Counted from the first letter of the stretch, positions 19,247-30,569 are shown. The stretch is 64,000 bases of DNA from Candidatus Levybacteria bacterium RIFCSPHIGHO2_01_FULL_41_15 (GCA_001782165.1 MFNV01000002.1:81002-145001), one strand, 5' to 3'. The notes: generated by a model not told the origin, from the letters alone. Numbers and translations: made by a program.

Positions 19247-21011
19247 TTAATATTCCTCCTCCTACAACCAACCCCCATTTACTAAAGAGAATCGGGTAAA
19301 TTCTTACTCTGCGTTCAAACAAATTTGATCCAAGGCCAATTCTAATAAGATCTGTTCTATTTGTCAAAGGATTTGCCGCCTCAAACGATAAAGGCAAGAC
19401 TAAATTTCCGTATGGAGGTATAGGTTTTAAGTAAATATTTTGTAAATTGGGCTTGAGATAATAAGATCTGACTGTAATTTTTTGGGGAAAAGAGAGCAGT
19501 GTTCCCGTATTTTCCAGCGTAATATTTCCCATAAGGGGAAGTCCTGCTGTCAGATTTTTGGGGATGTTGTCTGAAATTTCAAGGGTCGGGCTGGTGTGTG
19601 CAAATTCATTAGCAAAACTGACTCTTACATCTTTAACTTTTTCATTCCCCGGCAGTTTATACCCGCCTGCAGGAACCGGATAGGTACTGTCGTGCCCTTT
19701 TATTACAAACGCAATGTGGTCAAAATCAAGAGTCTCAAAATAATCTATTCCGCCGGTTGTATTCCCCCAAGTAGGATCAACCATAATCCACGCGGCTTTT
19801 TCTCTATCATAGTATTCAGGCCAGGCATGCAAAACATCCTTTACCAAAGACAAAGGCCTTTCTCTGGTATTTTGAGTATAGGCGTATCCGTCCACCTCTC
19901 TTGCCGGAATTCCTGAAGCTCTTGCCAATGCAATAAAAAGATCTGTAAATTCAAGACACACTGCGGATTCAGGTTTTTGAAGCACTCCGGCGGCGCCTAT
20001 TCTGGGTTTTTCAGTCTCAACTCTTGAATAATCGTATTTTAATTTTTTAACAACGTACTCATATATAGATTTCGGGTTTTTAAGGTTTCTTGACAGCTGT
20101 TTGATTTCGTTATTTGATATCTGCCAATACTTGTCTTCCTTTAGGTAGCTTTGCAGTTGTTCTTCGGTGTAGTTTTGCTTTTCAGGAAAAAGAGAGATTT
20201 TGACTTTTGCCTTCAAGGATACATCAAGCCTTTGAGAGGAGGAAAGAGTATATTGTGCAAGCCAATTTCCATCCTCATCTATCGTTACGTTTGAAGGCTT
20301 AGGGTTAATGCTGTCTATCTCAACTTCCTGATACCCTGTATTAGGAGGAAGAGCTATTTCTGTTTTAATAGGAAAAAGGTTTTTATTATAGAGGTGATAG
20401 GTCAAATCTAATTTATAAATCTGCTCATTTCCAAACGTAATTGAAATACCCGAATTCCCAAGCTGGTCTTTTGAAAAGGTGTAAATGTTTTCATTTTTCT
20501 TAAGTCCATCTGAAAGGCTGGGTTTGACAAAACTTGGAGAGCCAAAAGAGGAAGGGACGGAAACATAAACACTAAAGTCTGATAAATCAGATTGGCTTAA
20601 AAAACCTGGTATATTTACTTCCCATATTTTGCCTACTTTTCTGGCAACTTCATTAGTATCAAAAGCAATTGTAAAATTTAGCTTGTTTCCAAGACCCGTT
20701 ATCCTGTCATTGAAAATAACATTTATTTCCTGTCCTTCGGAGGTTTTAGAAACACTCTTAAGAATATTGCCTCCTAAGTCAGATGCTCTCGGATTTTTAG
20801 GATCATCAAAACCCACGTTTATTTTGTAAGAAGATGCATAATATGATGAAGTTTTATTCGTAAGGGCAACTTTTATCTCAACACGGGTATTTCCGTTTTC
20901 TGAAACCGCATATGATATGTCATAATCCGCATCAAAATTTGAAGATGCCGATGTTTTCCCAGGCAGAAAAAGGAGGAATAGAAGCAAGAATACCAATAAT
21001 ATTTTTTTCAC
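19176..21011 (-). CDS. Secreted/membrane transglutaminase-like domain protein
   Basis: Signal peptide; Cys-His-Asp triad AVCLEF...HAWPEY...VDPTW; C-terminal TM. Confidence 0.88.
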   Translation of the reverse strand: MKKILLVFLLLFLLFLPGKTSASSNFDADYDISYAVSENGNTRVEIKVALTNKTSSYYASSYKINVGFDDPKNPRASDLGGNILKSVSKTSEGQEINVIFNDRITGLGNKLNFTIAFDTNEVARKVGKIWEVNIPGFLSQSDLSDFSVYVSVPSSFGSPSFVKPSLSDGLKKNENIYTFSKDQLGNSGISITFGNEQIYKLDLTYHLYNKNLFPIKTEIALPPNTGYQEVEIDSINPKPSNVTIDEDGNWLAQYTLSSSQRLDVSLKAKVKISLFPEKQNYTEEQLQSYLKEDKYWQISNNEIKQLSRNLKNPKSIYEYVVKKLKYDYSRVETEKPRIGAAGVLQKPESAVCLEFTDLFIALARASGIPAREVDGYAYTQNTRERPLSLVKDVLHAWPEYYDREKAAWIMVDPTWGNTTGGIDYFETLDFDHIAFVIKGHDSTYPVPAGGYKLPGNEKVKDVRVSFANEFAHTSPTLEISDNIPKNLTAGLPLMGNITLENTGTLLSFPQKITVRSYYLKPNLQNIYLKPIPPYGNLVLPLSFEAANPLTNRTDLIRIGLGSNLFERRVRIYPILFSKWGLVVGGGILIVAIFISALAFKSWNIPFFGQKG

Positions 21012-21030
21012 TTAGAATAAGTATATAATT

Positions 21031-21075
21031 AAAAGCTTAAAACTGAAAGCTGAAAGCTAAAAGCTTAAAACTTTT
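21031..21075. repeat. 7-bp tandem repeats (AAAGCTN)
   Basis: aaaagctt aaaactg aaagctg aaagcta aaagctt aaaactt. Confidence 0.75.
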
Positions 21076-21112
21076 TAAATTAAATAAGTAGCCAGGATAT
21101 AAAAAAACGAAA

Positions 21113-23998
21113 CTACAGAATTCTTTTTAAGAATTGTCCAGTATATGAATCAGGAACGTTAATAATGTCTTTTGGGGTTCCTTTTGCAATTACCTTTCCT
21201 CCTTTTTCGCCTCCTTCGGGGCCTAAATCAATTACAAAGTCAGCATTTTTGATAATATCCATGTTGTGTTCAATGACTATAACAGTATTGCCTTGATCAA
21301 CAAGCTTTCTTAATACATTTAGAAGCTTTTGAAGATCGGCAAAATGAAGACCCGTTGTAGGTTCATCAAGAAGATACAGGCTGTCTTTCCCTTTTTTTGA
21401 AAGTTCTGTTGCAAGCTTTACTCTTTGAGCTTCTCCTCCTGAGAGCGTTGGAGCAGGTTGCCCAAGCTTTATATAGGAAAGTCCTACATCATTTAATGTT
21501 AAGAGCTTATGAAAAAGTCCGGGGACAAAAGAAAAAAACTCGAAAGCTTCTGAGACACTCATCGAAAGAACCTCAGCAATATTCTTCCCGCTAAATTGTA
21601 CTTCTAAGGTTTCAAAGTTGTATTGTTTTCCTTCACAAAGTTCGCATTTTATATAAACATCAGGCAGAAATTGCATTCCTATTTTTATCTGTCCTTCTCC
21701 CTGACAAGTTTCGCATCTTCCTCCTTTTACATTAAAAGAAAATCTGCCTTGTTTATAGCCTCTTATCTTTGCTTCTTTGGTTTTGGAGAATAAGTCTCTT
21801 ATATAAGTAAAGCATCCGGTATATGTTGCGGGGTTGCTTCTTGGTGTCCTTCCTATTGGTGATTGATCAATAAGAAAAACATGTTTTATATTCTCATACC
21901 CCTCAAGTCCTTGGAAATCTCCGGGCTTTTCTCTGTGGAACGGATTTTTTATCTGCATTAAGCCATGATAGAGAATGTCATTGACGAGAGTTGACTTACC
22001 GCTTCCCGACACCCCCGTTATTACGATAAATTTTTTAAGCGGAAATTCTACATTTATGTTTTTAAGATTATGCTCTTTTGCCTTCAAGATTCTTAAGACC
22101 CTGTTTGACGAAATTCCGTTTGTTGTTTTTATATCGATTTTTTTTCTTCCCGAAAGATAAGCGCCGGTTAATGAATTCGGGTCGTTTTTAATTTGTTCAA
22201 CTGGTCCTTTTGATACAATTTCTCCACCTTTTTCTCCTGCTCCCGGACCAAAGTCCAAGATAAAATCCGATTTCTCCATAGTTTCCTTATCATGCTCAAC
22301 TACGATTACTGTATTCCCAAGATCTCTAAGTTTTTTAAGCGTCATAATCAGTTTATTATTGTCCCGAGGATGAAGGCCGATTGACGGTTCGTCCAAAACA
22401 TATAAGACTCCGGTCAGTCCTGATCCTATCTGTGACGCAAGTCTTATTCTCTGAGCTTCTCCTCCAGCTAAGGTTTGTGCACCCCGTGATAATGTGAGGT
22501 AATCAAGTCCGACATCCATTAAGAAGGTAAGTCTGTCTTTAATCTCTTTTATTATTAATTTTCCTATTTCTTCTTCTCTTTTTGAAATTTTGCCAACTAA
22601 GGTTTTCATGAAGTTTAGGGAATCAGAAATTGCCATGTCTGACACTTCCACTATAGATTTCCCATCAATTGTAACTGATAGTGCCTGCCTTTTAAGTCTG
22701 CCCCCGTGGCACAAAGAGCAAATCTCGTATCTCATAAATCTCTCAATCTGCGATTTCATAAATGGAGATTCTGTTGCTGTGTATTTTTGTTTTATTTCAT
22801 GAAGAACCCCCGAAAAAGGCTCATATATCACAGTTGATCTTCCCCAACGGTTCTTTCCTTTTACTTCGTATTCTTTATCTCCGGTCCCGTCTATAAGAAG
22901 TTTCTTTTTATCCTCCGGAATTTCTGAGAATCTTTTGGTAAGAGGTATACCGTTTTTCTCGCAGAAGGTTATAAAAGTTCTTGAAAACCAAGTATCCTGA
23001 TAGTAAATATTTGGGAATGGGAGAATCCCCCCTTCTGATATCGAAAGATTATTATTAAAAACAAGATCTTTATCAACAGAAAGAACAGTTCCTAAGCCAT
23101 TGCAGGTAGGACATGCACCATGAGGAGTATTAAATGAAAAAATTCTAGGTTCTATCTCAGGAAGCGATATTCCGCACGTTGGACAGGCAAATTTTTCCGA
23201 GAAAAGTTCGTCTTCCATTTTCTTTGGTTTGTCAGGAAGACTGAACCCGGGATCTTTTATTATGGAAGCTATGAGCTCGCCGTTTCCAAATTTTAGTGCT
23301 TTTTCAGCATCGTCTGAAATCCTAAGTCTGTCTGTGTCTTTTGTAAGAACAAGTTCATCTATAACAATTTCAATCGTATGCTTGTTTGTTTTAATGAGAA
23401 CAAAATTATCATCAAGGGAGAAAATCTCCCCGTCTATTCGTACTTTTTTGTATCCTCTTTTTTTAATATCCTGGAAAAGCTGCGAGTATTCTCCCTTTCT
23501 GTCTTTTACAATCGGGGAAAGGATCAAAAGTTTTATCCTGGCAAGCTTTATATTTAAATTTTGTTTTTTGAGAAGCTCAAAAATAGAATCAACTATCTGG
23601 TCTTTGGACAAATGTGCTATTTCTCTTGCGCAATTTGGGCAATGTGGATGGCCTACTCGCGCAAAAAGAAGCCTTAGGTAATCATAAATTTCAGTGACTG
23701 TTCCAACAGTTGATCTTGGGTTATGAGAGGTAGATTTTTGATCTATGGATATCGCAGGAGAGAGACCCTCGATTAAATCTACATCGGGTTTTTTCATAAT
23801 TCCCAAGAATTGCCGGGCATATGATGATAAGCTTTCTACATATCTTCTCTGCCCTTCCGCATAAATAGTGTCAAAAGCCAAAGAAGATTTCCCGCTTCCG
23901 GAAAGACCTGTAAAAACAACAAGCTTGTTTTTGGGAATCTCTACATTTATAGACTTTAAATTATGCTCTCTCGCACCTTTTATAATTATCTTATCCAT
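21113..23998 (-). CDS. uvrA: Excinuclease ABC subunit A
   Basis: [31 protein letters not shown], zinc fingers, two ABC modules. Confidence 0.98.
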   Translation of the reverse strand: MDKIIIKGAREHNLKSINVEIPKNKLVVFTGLSGSGKSSLAFDTIYAEGQRRYVESLSSYARQFLGIMKKPDVDLIEGLSPAISIDQKSTSHNPRSTVGTVTEIYDYLRLLFARVGHPHCPNCAREIAHLSKDQIVDSIFELLKKQNLNIKLARIKLLILSPIVKDRKGEYSQLFQDIKKRGYKKVRIDGEIFSLDDNFVLIKTNKHTIEIVIDELVLTKDTDRLRISDDAEKALKFGNGELIASIIKDPGFSLPDKPKKMEDELFSEKFACPTCGISLPEIEPRIFSFNTPHGACPTCNGLGTVLSVDKDLVFNNNLSISEGGILPFPNIYYQDTWFSRTFITFCEKNGIPLTKRFSEIPEDKKKLLIDGTGDKEYEVKGKNRWGRSTVIYEPFSGVLHEIKQKYTATESPFMKSQIERFMRYEICSLCHGGRLKRQALSVTIDGKSIVEVSDMAISDSLNFMKTLVGKISKREEEIGKLIIKEIKDRLTFLMDVGLDYLTLSRGAQTLAGGEAQRIRLASQIGSGLTGVLYVLDEPSIGLHPRDNNKLIMTLKKLRDLGNTVIVVEHDKETMEKSDFILDFGPGAGEKGGEIVSKGPVEQIKNDPNSLTGAYLSGRKKIDIKTTNGISSNRVLRILKAKEHNLKNINVEFPLKKFIVITGVSGSGKSTLVNDILYHGLMQIKNPFHREKPGDFQGLEGYENIKHVFLIDQSPIGRTPRSNPATYTGCFTYIRDLFSKTKEAKIRGYKQGRFSFNVKGGRCETCQGEGQIKIGMQFLPDVYIKCELCEGKQYNFETLEVQFSGKNIAEVLSMSVSEAFEFFSFVPGLFHKLLTLNDVGLSYIKLGQPAPTLSGGEAQRVKLATELSKKGKDSLYLLDEPTTGLHFADLQKLLNVLRKLVDQGNTVIVIEHNMDIIKNADFVIDLGPEGGEKGGKVIAKGTPKDIINVPDSYTGQFLKRIL

Positions 23999-24120
23999 AT
24001 AAATCAATCTTTTATTATAGAGGAAAAAAAGAAGCGAGACAATCGTTTATCTAGAAATCAATCCGGGGTCTATGTTTGGCTCAACCGGAATTTTTATTTC
24101 AATCTCCAAAAATTTGATAT

Positions 24121-24195
24121 TGGTGAGCCGTACAGGATTCGAACCTGTGACCAATTGCTTAAAAGGCAACTGCTCTACCGCTGAGCTAACGGCCC
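24121..24195 (-). tRNA. tRNA-Lys(UUU)
   Basis: GGGCCGT/ACGGCTC acceptor, anticodon arm GTTGC-CTTTTAA-GCAAT, encoded CCA. Confidence 0.96.
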
Positions 24196-24360
24196 TACTA
24201 GCCACCGCTACGTTCAGGCGTTAGCGGGGTGGGTCCGTTAACACCTGAAGCAAAATGGCTATGATATTATAACCCAGTTTTTAAAAATCGTCTACCCTTT
24301 ACAACAAATAGGCGCAAAAGGACTTACCCACTTGTAAAACTATATCAGCGTGTGTACAAC

Positions 24361-24387
24361 TTGACAAGATTATCTAAATTCTATAAT
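24361..24387 (+). promoter_or_regulatory. Sigma70-type promoter
   Basis: TTGACA-15 nt-TATAAT (short spacer) followed by a strong SD, GAAAGGAGGTG, before the ATG at 24423. Confidence 0.5.
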
Positions 24388-24422
24388 CTTTTCTTAGACA
24401 CTGTCCGAAAGGAGGTGATAAA

Positions 24423-25082
24423 ATGCCAAACATTGGCGAAACATTAGTAACCTCTATTAACATAGGTCTTTCAGCTCTTGTTGCCTTTGTCCCTAAGTTT
24501 GTTCTGGGATTAATAATTCTTCTCATCGGTATTATCGTAGCTTCAATTCTCAAACAAGTCGTTCTTGAATTATTCAAGGCTCTTAGAATTGAATCATTTC
24601 TTAAGAAATACGGGGTGCCAGAGGCAAAAGATGAGTTTGCATGGTCAAGTATTCTGGCAGAAATCGTTCGCTGGTTTGTGATAATTATATTTTTACTGCC
24701 GACAGCAGACGTGTGGGGGCTTCCAAGAGTCGATGTTGTACTAAATCAGGTAATTCTCTACCTACCGAACGTGTTTGTAGCGGTAATTATTATATTGGTA
24801 GGATTTGTAGTGGCAAGACTTGCGCATGACGTGATCCTCGCTTCAACAAAAGGAATATCAGCAGAAACATCAAGAACGGTTGCCTCAATTACGAGATGGG
24901 CAATCAGTATTTTTGTAATTTTGGCTGCGCTAAATCAGCTTGGTGTTGCGTCGGATCTTATAAAAATACTCTTCACGGGATTTGTTGCGATGCTTGCGAT
25001 TGCAGGAGGAATAGCATTTGGGCTGGGCGGCCAGAGCAGCGCAAGGGATATAGTCGAAGATATAAGAGGAAAGCTTAAATAG
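24423..25082 (+). CDS. Conserved TM-helix / MscS-associated (CmpX-like) membrane protein
   Basis: Repeated 'FVPK/YLPN' TM helices; AFGLGG C-terminal motif. Confidence 0.8.
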   Translation: MPNIGETLVTSINIGLSALVAFVPKFVLGLIILLIGIIVASILKQVVLELFKALRIESFLKKYGVPEAKDEFAWSSILAEIVRWFVIIIFLLPTADVWGLPRVDVVLNQVILYLPNVFVAVIIILVGFVVARLAHDVILASTKGISAETSRTVASITRWAISIFVILAALNQLGVASDLIKILFTGFVAMLAIAGGIAFGLGGQSSARDIVEDIRGKLK

Positions 25083-25131
25083 ACGGTAATTGTTGGCCTT
25101 TATATTAAATGATATAATTGGTGGTGAAAAC

Positions 25132-25205
25132 GCCGCCATCGTCTAGTGGCCCAGGACATCTGGTTTTCAGCCAGAGAATCAGGGGTTCGAATCCCCTTGG
25201 CGGTA
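25132..25205 (+). tRNA. tRNA-Glu(UUC)
   Basis: GCCGCCA/TGGCGGT acceptor, anticodon arm TCTGG-TTTTCAG-CCAGA. Confidence 0.95.
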
Positions 25206-25272
25206 CTAAATTCCCCCCGATAGCAATTTTGAGACGCTTTATTTTATTTAGTTTGTAGTATGATGATTTTTT

Positions 25273-26457
25273 ATGCTTCGGATTTTTAACTCGCAAAGTC
25301 GTAAAAAAGAAAAATTTAAACCCATTAAAGACAAAGAAGTTTCCATATACGTCTGCGGTATGACTCCATACGATATCGCCCATCTAGGCCATGCTTTTAC
25401 CTATGTATTCTTTGACGTATTAGTCCGGTATCTCGCATTTAGTGGATACAAAGTTAACTACACGCAAAATGTAACCGACGTAGATGATGATATTCTGAGG
25501 ACTGCCAAGATAGAAAATAAAAACTGGAAGAAACTTGGGGATTTTTGGACAAAAAAATTTACGCAAGACATGGAGTACTTAAACGTTCTTCCTCCCACTC
25601 ACTTTGTAAAAGCGACCGGTTCAATGAAACGCATTAAAAAAATAATTCAAAAACTCCTTGATAAAAATTACGCATACTCAAGTGGTGGAAATATTTATTT
25701 TGATATCGCTGCATTTAAAAATTACGGGAAACTTTCGAGATACAGCAGGCATCAAATGATAGCCCTTTCAAGGGAAAGAGGAGGAGATCCGTCGGATCCA
25801 AACAAAAAAAATCCCCTTGACTTTGTCCTCTGGCAGAAGTCAAAAAAAAATGAACCGGCATGGATTGCTCCTTTTGGGACAGGCAGGCCGGGCTGGCACA
25901 TTGAATGCTCGGCAATGGTTAATCAGTTCTTAGGCGACAGGGTTGACATACACGGAGGTGGAAAGGATCTTATTTTTCCCCACCATGAGAGTGAGATAGC
26001 CCAGTCAGAAAGCTACACAGACAAAACCCCCTTTGTAAAGTACTGGATGCATACAGCAATGATATTGTGTAACGGGGAAAAGATGTCTAAATCACTCGGA
26101 AACCTCATCATGATAAATGAGCTTCGCAAGTATTACTCAGGAGATGATATAAGATGGTATCTCTTGAGCAATTACTACAGAAAGCCGTTTGAGTATGACG
26201 AATATGATCTTAAGGAGAGCAAAAAAAAACTGCTATTGGTAAAAGAGGCGCTTGAAGACAAAAAAGGCACCATTGGAAACTTTAAATCTGATATGAAAAC
26301 ATTTGAAGCACTTATGGACGATGACTTAAGTACTCCAGAAACCCTAAAATTTGTCTTGGAACTTGCAAAGAAGGTAAAGAAAACGGCAGGTAAAAATAAA
26401 ATTGCTTTTCAAGAAACTTTAGGAAGCGTAACAAGCACCCTCGGTTTCCGGTTTTAG
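25273..26457 (+). CDS. Cysteinyl-tRNA synthetase-like protein (MshC-like; apparently lacks the C-terminal anticodon-binding domain)
   Basis: CGMTPYD..HLGH, NVTDVDD, ERGGDP, GRPGWHIEC, FPHHE, KMSKS; only 394 aa. Confidence 0.85.
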   Translation: MLRIFNSQSRKKEKFKPIKDKEVSIYVCGMTPYDIAHLGHAFTYVFFDVLVRYLAFSGYKVNYTQNVTDVDDDILRTAKIENKNWKKLGDFWTKKFTQDMEYLNVLPPTHFVKATGSMKRIKKIIQKLLDKNYAYSSGGNIYFDIAAFKNYGKLSRYSRHQMIALSRERGGDPSDPNKKNPLDFVLWQKSKKNEPAWIAPFGTGRPGWHIECSAMVNQFLGDRVDIHGGGKDLIFPHHESEIAQSESYTDKTPFVKYWMHTAMILCNGEKMSKSLGNLIMINELRKYYSGDDIRWYLLSNYYRKPFEYDEYDLKESKKKLLLVKEALEDKKGTIGNFKSDMKTFEALMDDDLSTPETLKFVLELAKKVKKTAGKNKIAFQETLGSVTSTLGFRF

Positions 26458-26498
26458 CCTCTTTTTTTGAAGCTAAAATATGATATAATCTATAGAAT

Positions 26499-27020
26499 AT
26501 GGAGGTAAATCAACTCAAAAACGGTCTTTATCAAAGCGTGACTCACGGTCAGCTTGAGATAAATGAGGTTATCGATAATATTAGGTTGTTTCTTGAAAAT
26601 GAGCCGGAGGCCGCTTATAGCTTGGTTATAGGTACAGATTCTCATGAAAAACCTGGAAAAATTAACGGTACCAAAACCATAAGCTTGGTAACTGCTATCC
26701 TGGTGCACAGGAAAGGATTTGGGGGGAAATATTTCTGGAAAAGAACAACAGCTTTTAACATCCACAATCTTAGGGAGAAAATATATGCAGAAACTATGAG
26801 TTCTTTAAACTTTGCATCAGGATTTGTCCCTCTTCTTAAGAAAAAACTGAATGGAAACGTACCTTCTTACAACCTTGAGATTCACATTGATGTAGGAGAG
26901 CACGGAGATACCAGGGACATGATAAAAGAAGTCGTTGGTATGGTAACAGGCAATGGATTTGTAGCAAAAACAAAACCAGACGCTTATGGCGCGTCGTATG
27001 TTGCGGATAAGCACACCTAA
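26499..27020 (+). CDS. RNase H-like YkuK/DUF458 protein
   Basis: IGTDS, GGKYF, LEIHIDVG..G.T, KP.AYGASYVAD. Confidence 0.85.
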   Translation: MEVNQLKNGLYQSVTHGQLEINEVIDNIRLFLENEPEAAYSLVIGTDSHEKPGKINGTKTISLVTAILVHRKGFGGKYFWKRTTAFNIHNLREKIYAETMSSLNFASGFVPLLKKKLNGNVPSYNLEIHIDVGEHGDTRDMIKEVVGMVTGNGFVAKTKPDAYGASYVADKHT

Positions 27021-27061
27021 CCTAATTTGAAATTTCAAATTTAAAATTTTAAATTGACATT

Positions 27062-27436
27062 ATGGAGTGGGAAGAAGCAAAGGATGTTGAGAAAGATATA
27101 GAGCAATTACTTAAATCTATTTCGCTTCCCCACTTAAAGGCCTCCCGTATTTTTTGTTTCCGAACCCATGGGTCAAAATCCAGGTCCTATGCGCGAATAT
27201 GGTCAATGCCGAAGATTTTTCAAAAAGCTTTGTCAATTGAGCCTGCTTATGTAATTGAAGTTTTGGGAAAATACTATGACCGGCTGCCCGATGATAACAA
27301 AAAGAAAATTCTTATTCACGAACTCCTTCATATACCAAAGAATTTTTCAGGGTCACTCCTTCCCCACCGGTCAAGGGGAAGACACCTTGGTTCGATCGTA
27401 AATAAACTTTTTAAAGAATATAAAAATTCTATATGA
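27062..27436 (+). CDS. Putative metallopeptidase
   Basis: HELLHIP zinc motif; ARIW...PAYVIEV. Confidence 0.8.
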   Translation: MEWEEAKDVEKDIEQLLKSISLPHLKASRIFCFRTHGSKSRSYARIWSMPKIFQKALSIEPAYVIEVLGKYYDRLPDDNKKKILIHELLHIPKNFSGSLLPHRSRGRHLGSIVNKLFKEYKNSI

Positions 27437-28116
27437 TATTTGTAATTCATGGAGACAATCTTGAGGAATCAAGATACTATTATCAGGACATCAAAAAAAA
27501 TCTGAAAGAGCCGGTTTTTTTTGAAGGAGAAAGCTTAAGCTCGGTTAATCTTATTGAATTTTTCAACAGCAAAAATTTATTTCATGACTCCAGGGATTTA
27601 ATAATAGAAAATCTTCTTTCAAAAAAGAAATTTTCGAAAGAACTTGAGGAAATTGTTTCCATAATGAATAAAAATGAAAATTCTTCAGATATTGTTTTAT
27701 GGGAAGAAAAAGAGGTAGGTAAAAAAATGCTTGGACTTTTTTCAAAGGCAAAAGTATCTCTTTTTAAGTACCCTCAAATTATTTTTAATTTTCTCGATTC
27801 AATAAAGCCTGGAAACGGAAAAAATCTTATTTTTCTGTTTCATAAACTTATTGAGCAAACTCCAATTGAGCTGATTATTTATATGTTTGTCCGCCAAATA
27901 AGAATTCTAATAGCTATATCGGATAGATCGGATATTGATGAAGTAAAAACAATGGCACCTTGGATTAAAAGTAAATACCAGAAACAAGCGTTTTTATTTA
28001 CAAGAGAGTATCTTACTAAATTATATAGAGAAATATTTATGGTTGATCTTTCTATTAAAACCGGGAAGGTAAATTCCGCAACGGCAGCCATTGACTTTCT
28101 CCTTCTTGATATTTAA
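27433..28116 (+). CDS. DNA polymerase III delta (HolA)-like protein
   Basis: N-terminal IHGD, C-terminal D.SIKTG motif, PW..K..KQA. Confidence 0.7.
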   Translation: MIFVIHGDNLEESRYYYQDIKKNLKEPVFFEGESLSSVNLIEFFNSKNLFHDSRDLIIENLLSKKKFSKELEEIVSIMNKNENSSDIVLWEEKEVGKKMLGLFSKAKVSLFKYPQIIFNFLDSIKPGNGKNLIFLFHKLIEQTPIELIIYMFVRQIRILIAISDRSDIDEVKTMAPWIKSKYQKQAFLFTREYLTKLYREIFMVDLSIKTGKVNSATAAIDFLLLDI

Positions 28117-28125
28117 TATTTTAGT

Positions 28126-29520
28126 ATGCCGCATCTTAAGAGGACCATGTTCCGTGAATATGATCTTCGCGGACGAGAGTCAGACGATGAGCTCAACGAC
28201 ACCTCCTTGTATTATCTAGGCCGCGGATTTGGAGCATTTCTTAAAAAAAGAAATTTAAATGAAACTGTTGTCGGCCATGACGCAAGAGCAACATCGGAAA
28301 GTTTCCACGCAAGTATGGTAAAGGGCCTCATTGAATCGGGAATCAATGTTACTGATATTGGAACCGTTACTACGCCTATGAGCTATTGGTCCCAGTATTT
28401 CCTCAGCATAAAGGGTTTGGTGATGATTACGGCAAGTCATAATCCTGCCGGATGGAACGGAGTTAAATTTGGAACTGATTTTTCATATACTTTATTGACC
28501 GACGAACTTGCGGAGCTTTATGATATTGTAGCAAAAGAAAATTTTGTAAACGGGCAGGGGAAAACTACCAAAAAAGATATTAAAGAGAAATATATAAATG
28601 ATTTACTTTCAAAAGCATTTATAACAAAAAAATTTAGAGTATTGGTAAACACAGGGAATGGAACCGCGGGTTTTTTTGCTCCTGAGCTTTTAAGAAAAGC
28701 AAGGTGTGAAGTTGTTGAACATTTTACCAAAGTTGATCCGACCTACCCAAACTACACCCCCAACCCAGACGGTTTATCAATGATGGAAGATACAGGGAGA
28801 GAAACAGTAAAAAATAAGTGTGATCTTGGTTTTGCCATTGACGGCGATGGGGACAGATTAGGTATGGTAGATGAAAAAGGAAATATAATCTGGCCGGACA
28901 GATATATTATTCTCCTTTCACGCTTGGTATTATCAAAGCACCCCGGAGCAAAAATCGTTTTTGATGTAAAGGTATCAGAAGCGTTGCCTGAGGATATAAG
29001 AGCCCATGGAGGAATTCCAATAATGTGGAAAACAGGCCACTCTTATATAAAAGCAAAGCTTTCGGAGGAAAAAGCTGCAATGGCAGGAGAGATGAGCGGA
29101 CATATTTTCTTTGTTGACGATTTTTACGGATTTGATGATGCTTTTTTTGCAGCACTTAAAATTCTTGAATATCTTTCCTCCCAAAACAAACCTCTTTCTG
29201 AGATTATTTCCTCAACTCCCTACTATGTCTCGACTCCAACAATCCAGGTGAAGACAACCGACGAAGACAAGTATAATGTTGTTGAGAAAATAACTAAAGA
29301 ATTTAAAGAGGAGGGATATAAAATTATCGATATAAACGGGGCACGAGTTTACTTAAATAGTGGATGGGGACTGGTGCGCGCATCCTCTAATACACCAACT
29401 TTAGTTTTAAGATTTGAGGCAAAGACAGAGGAAGAACTGGACAAAATAAAATTATTGTTTAAAAAGAAACTGGATAGATTCGATGTTGTTAGTAAAAACT
29501 GGGACACTTCAGGGCACTAA
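28126..29520 (+). CDS. Phosphomannomutase/phosphoglucomutase
   Basis: FREYDLRG, TASHNP, DGDGDR, GEMSGH, RASSNTP. Confidence 0.95.
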   Translation: MPHLKRTMFREYDLRGRESDDELNDTSLYYLGRGFGAFLKKRNLNETVVGHDARATSESFHASMVKGLIESGINVTDIGTVTTPMSYWSQYFLSIKGLVMITASHNPAGWNGVKFGTDFSYTLLTDELAELYDIVAKENFVNGQGKTTKKDIKEKYINDLLSKAFITKKFRVLVNTGNGTAGFFAPELLRKARCEVVEHFTKVDPTYPNYTPNPDGLSMMEDTGRETVKNKCDLGFAIDGDGDRLGMVDEKGNIIWPDRYIILLSRLVLSKHPGAKIVFDVKVSEALPEDIRAHGGIPIMWKTGHSYIKAKLSEEKAAMAGEMSGHIFFVDDFYGFDDAFFAALKILEYLSSQNKPLSEIISSTPYYVSTPTIQVKTTDEDKYNVVEKITKEFKEEGYKIIDINGARVYLNSGWGLVRASSNTPTLVLRFEAKTEEELDKIKLLFKKKLDRFDVVSKNWDTSGH

Positions 29521-29522
29521 TT

Positions 29523-30569
29523 ATGATTGATCTTACAAACATGGAAGAGATAAAAAAATTGGATCCAAAGAATGTCTATGAATCGACAGAGATGTTTGTT
29601 GATCAATGCGAGCAAATATGGACAGATGTTAAAAATATAACGTACCCGCAGGAATATAATCAGATTAAAAACGTTGTCATTTGCGGAATGGGTGGATCAT
29701 CATATGGCGGAAGAATAATTCAAAATCTTTTTAAAGAAACTTTAACAATTCCCGTTTACATCAATGATGATTATAATCTTCCTGCCTATGTTGGAAGATC
29801 TTCGCTTGTTTTACTTAGTAGTTATTCCGGCACAACAAAAGAGGTACTTTCAGCAGGTAAAATAGCATTAGCTAAGGATGCAAAGGTAACATGGATAGCA
29901 AGTAATAATTCATTAGCGAAGCTCTTAAACATAGATAGCTTACCAGGAGTTGTTTTTGATCCCCGATACAACCCTTGTGGTCAACCTCGCTTAGGCACTG
30001 GCTATAGTATCTTAGGTGCTATAGCAATTCTTAATCAAATTGGTTTAGTGCGGATCGAAGATAGAGTTATCCAGCGGACAATTGATGAACTGCGAAGAGA
30101 AAAAGAAAAGATTAAATCGCAAGCAATAGAATTTGCAAAAAAGATTTTTGAGGGTATACCCGTTATTTTTGCTGCGGAGTTCCTAAAAGGAAATGCCTAC
30201 GTACTACGCAATCAAATAAACGAAACAGCAAAAAGTTTTTCTTCATTTAACGAATTGCCTGATCTTAACCATCATCTAATGGAAGGGCTAAAAAATCCAA
30301 CAGATAAAAAACTTATTGTGCTTTTTTTGTCTTCAGATCTTTATTCAGATGATTTGAAAAAGCGAATTACCCTAACAAAAGAAGTTGTCAAAAAAAACAG
30401 CATTCCAGTATTGGAGTATCAACCGCAAGGACGAGAAAAAATTTCCCAGATTCTCGATTTGCTTTTTTTTGGTGGATACCTAGCACTATATTTGTCATTT
30501 CTATATGGGCAGGATCCGGGTCTTATTCCATGGGTTGATTATTTTAAAACAGAGCTTTCTAAAAAGTAG
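29523..30569 (+). CDS. Bifunctional phosphoglucose/phosphomannose isomerase (SIS)
   Basis: GMGGS, SSYSG.T.E, QPR, QINETAK, PDLNHH. Confidence 0.9.
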   Translation: MIDLTNMEEIKKLDPKNVYESTEMFVDQCEQIWTDVKNITYPQEYNQIKNVVICGMGGSSYGGRIIQNLFKETLTIPVYINDDYNLPAYVGRSSLVLLSSYSGTTKEVLSAGKIALAKDAKVTWIASNNSLAKLLNIDSLPGVVFDPRYNPCGQPRLGTGYSILGAIAILNQIGLVRIEDRVIQRTIDELRREKEKIKSQAIEFAKKIFEGIPVIFAAEFLKGNAYVLRNQINETAKSFSSFNELPDLNHHLMEGLKNPTDKKLIVLFLSSDLYSDDLKKRITLTKEVVKKNSIPVLEYQPQGREKISQILDLLFFGGYLALYLSFLYGQDPGLIPWVDYFKTELSKK

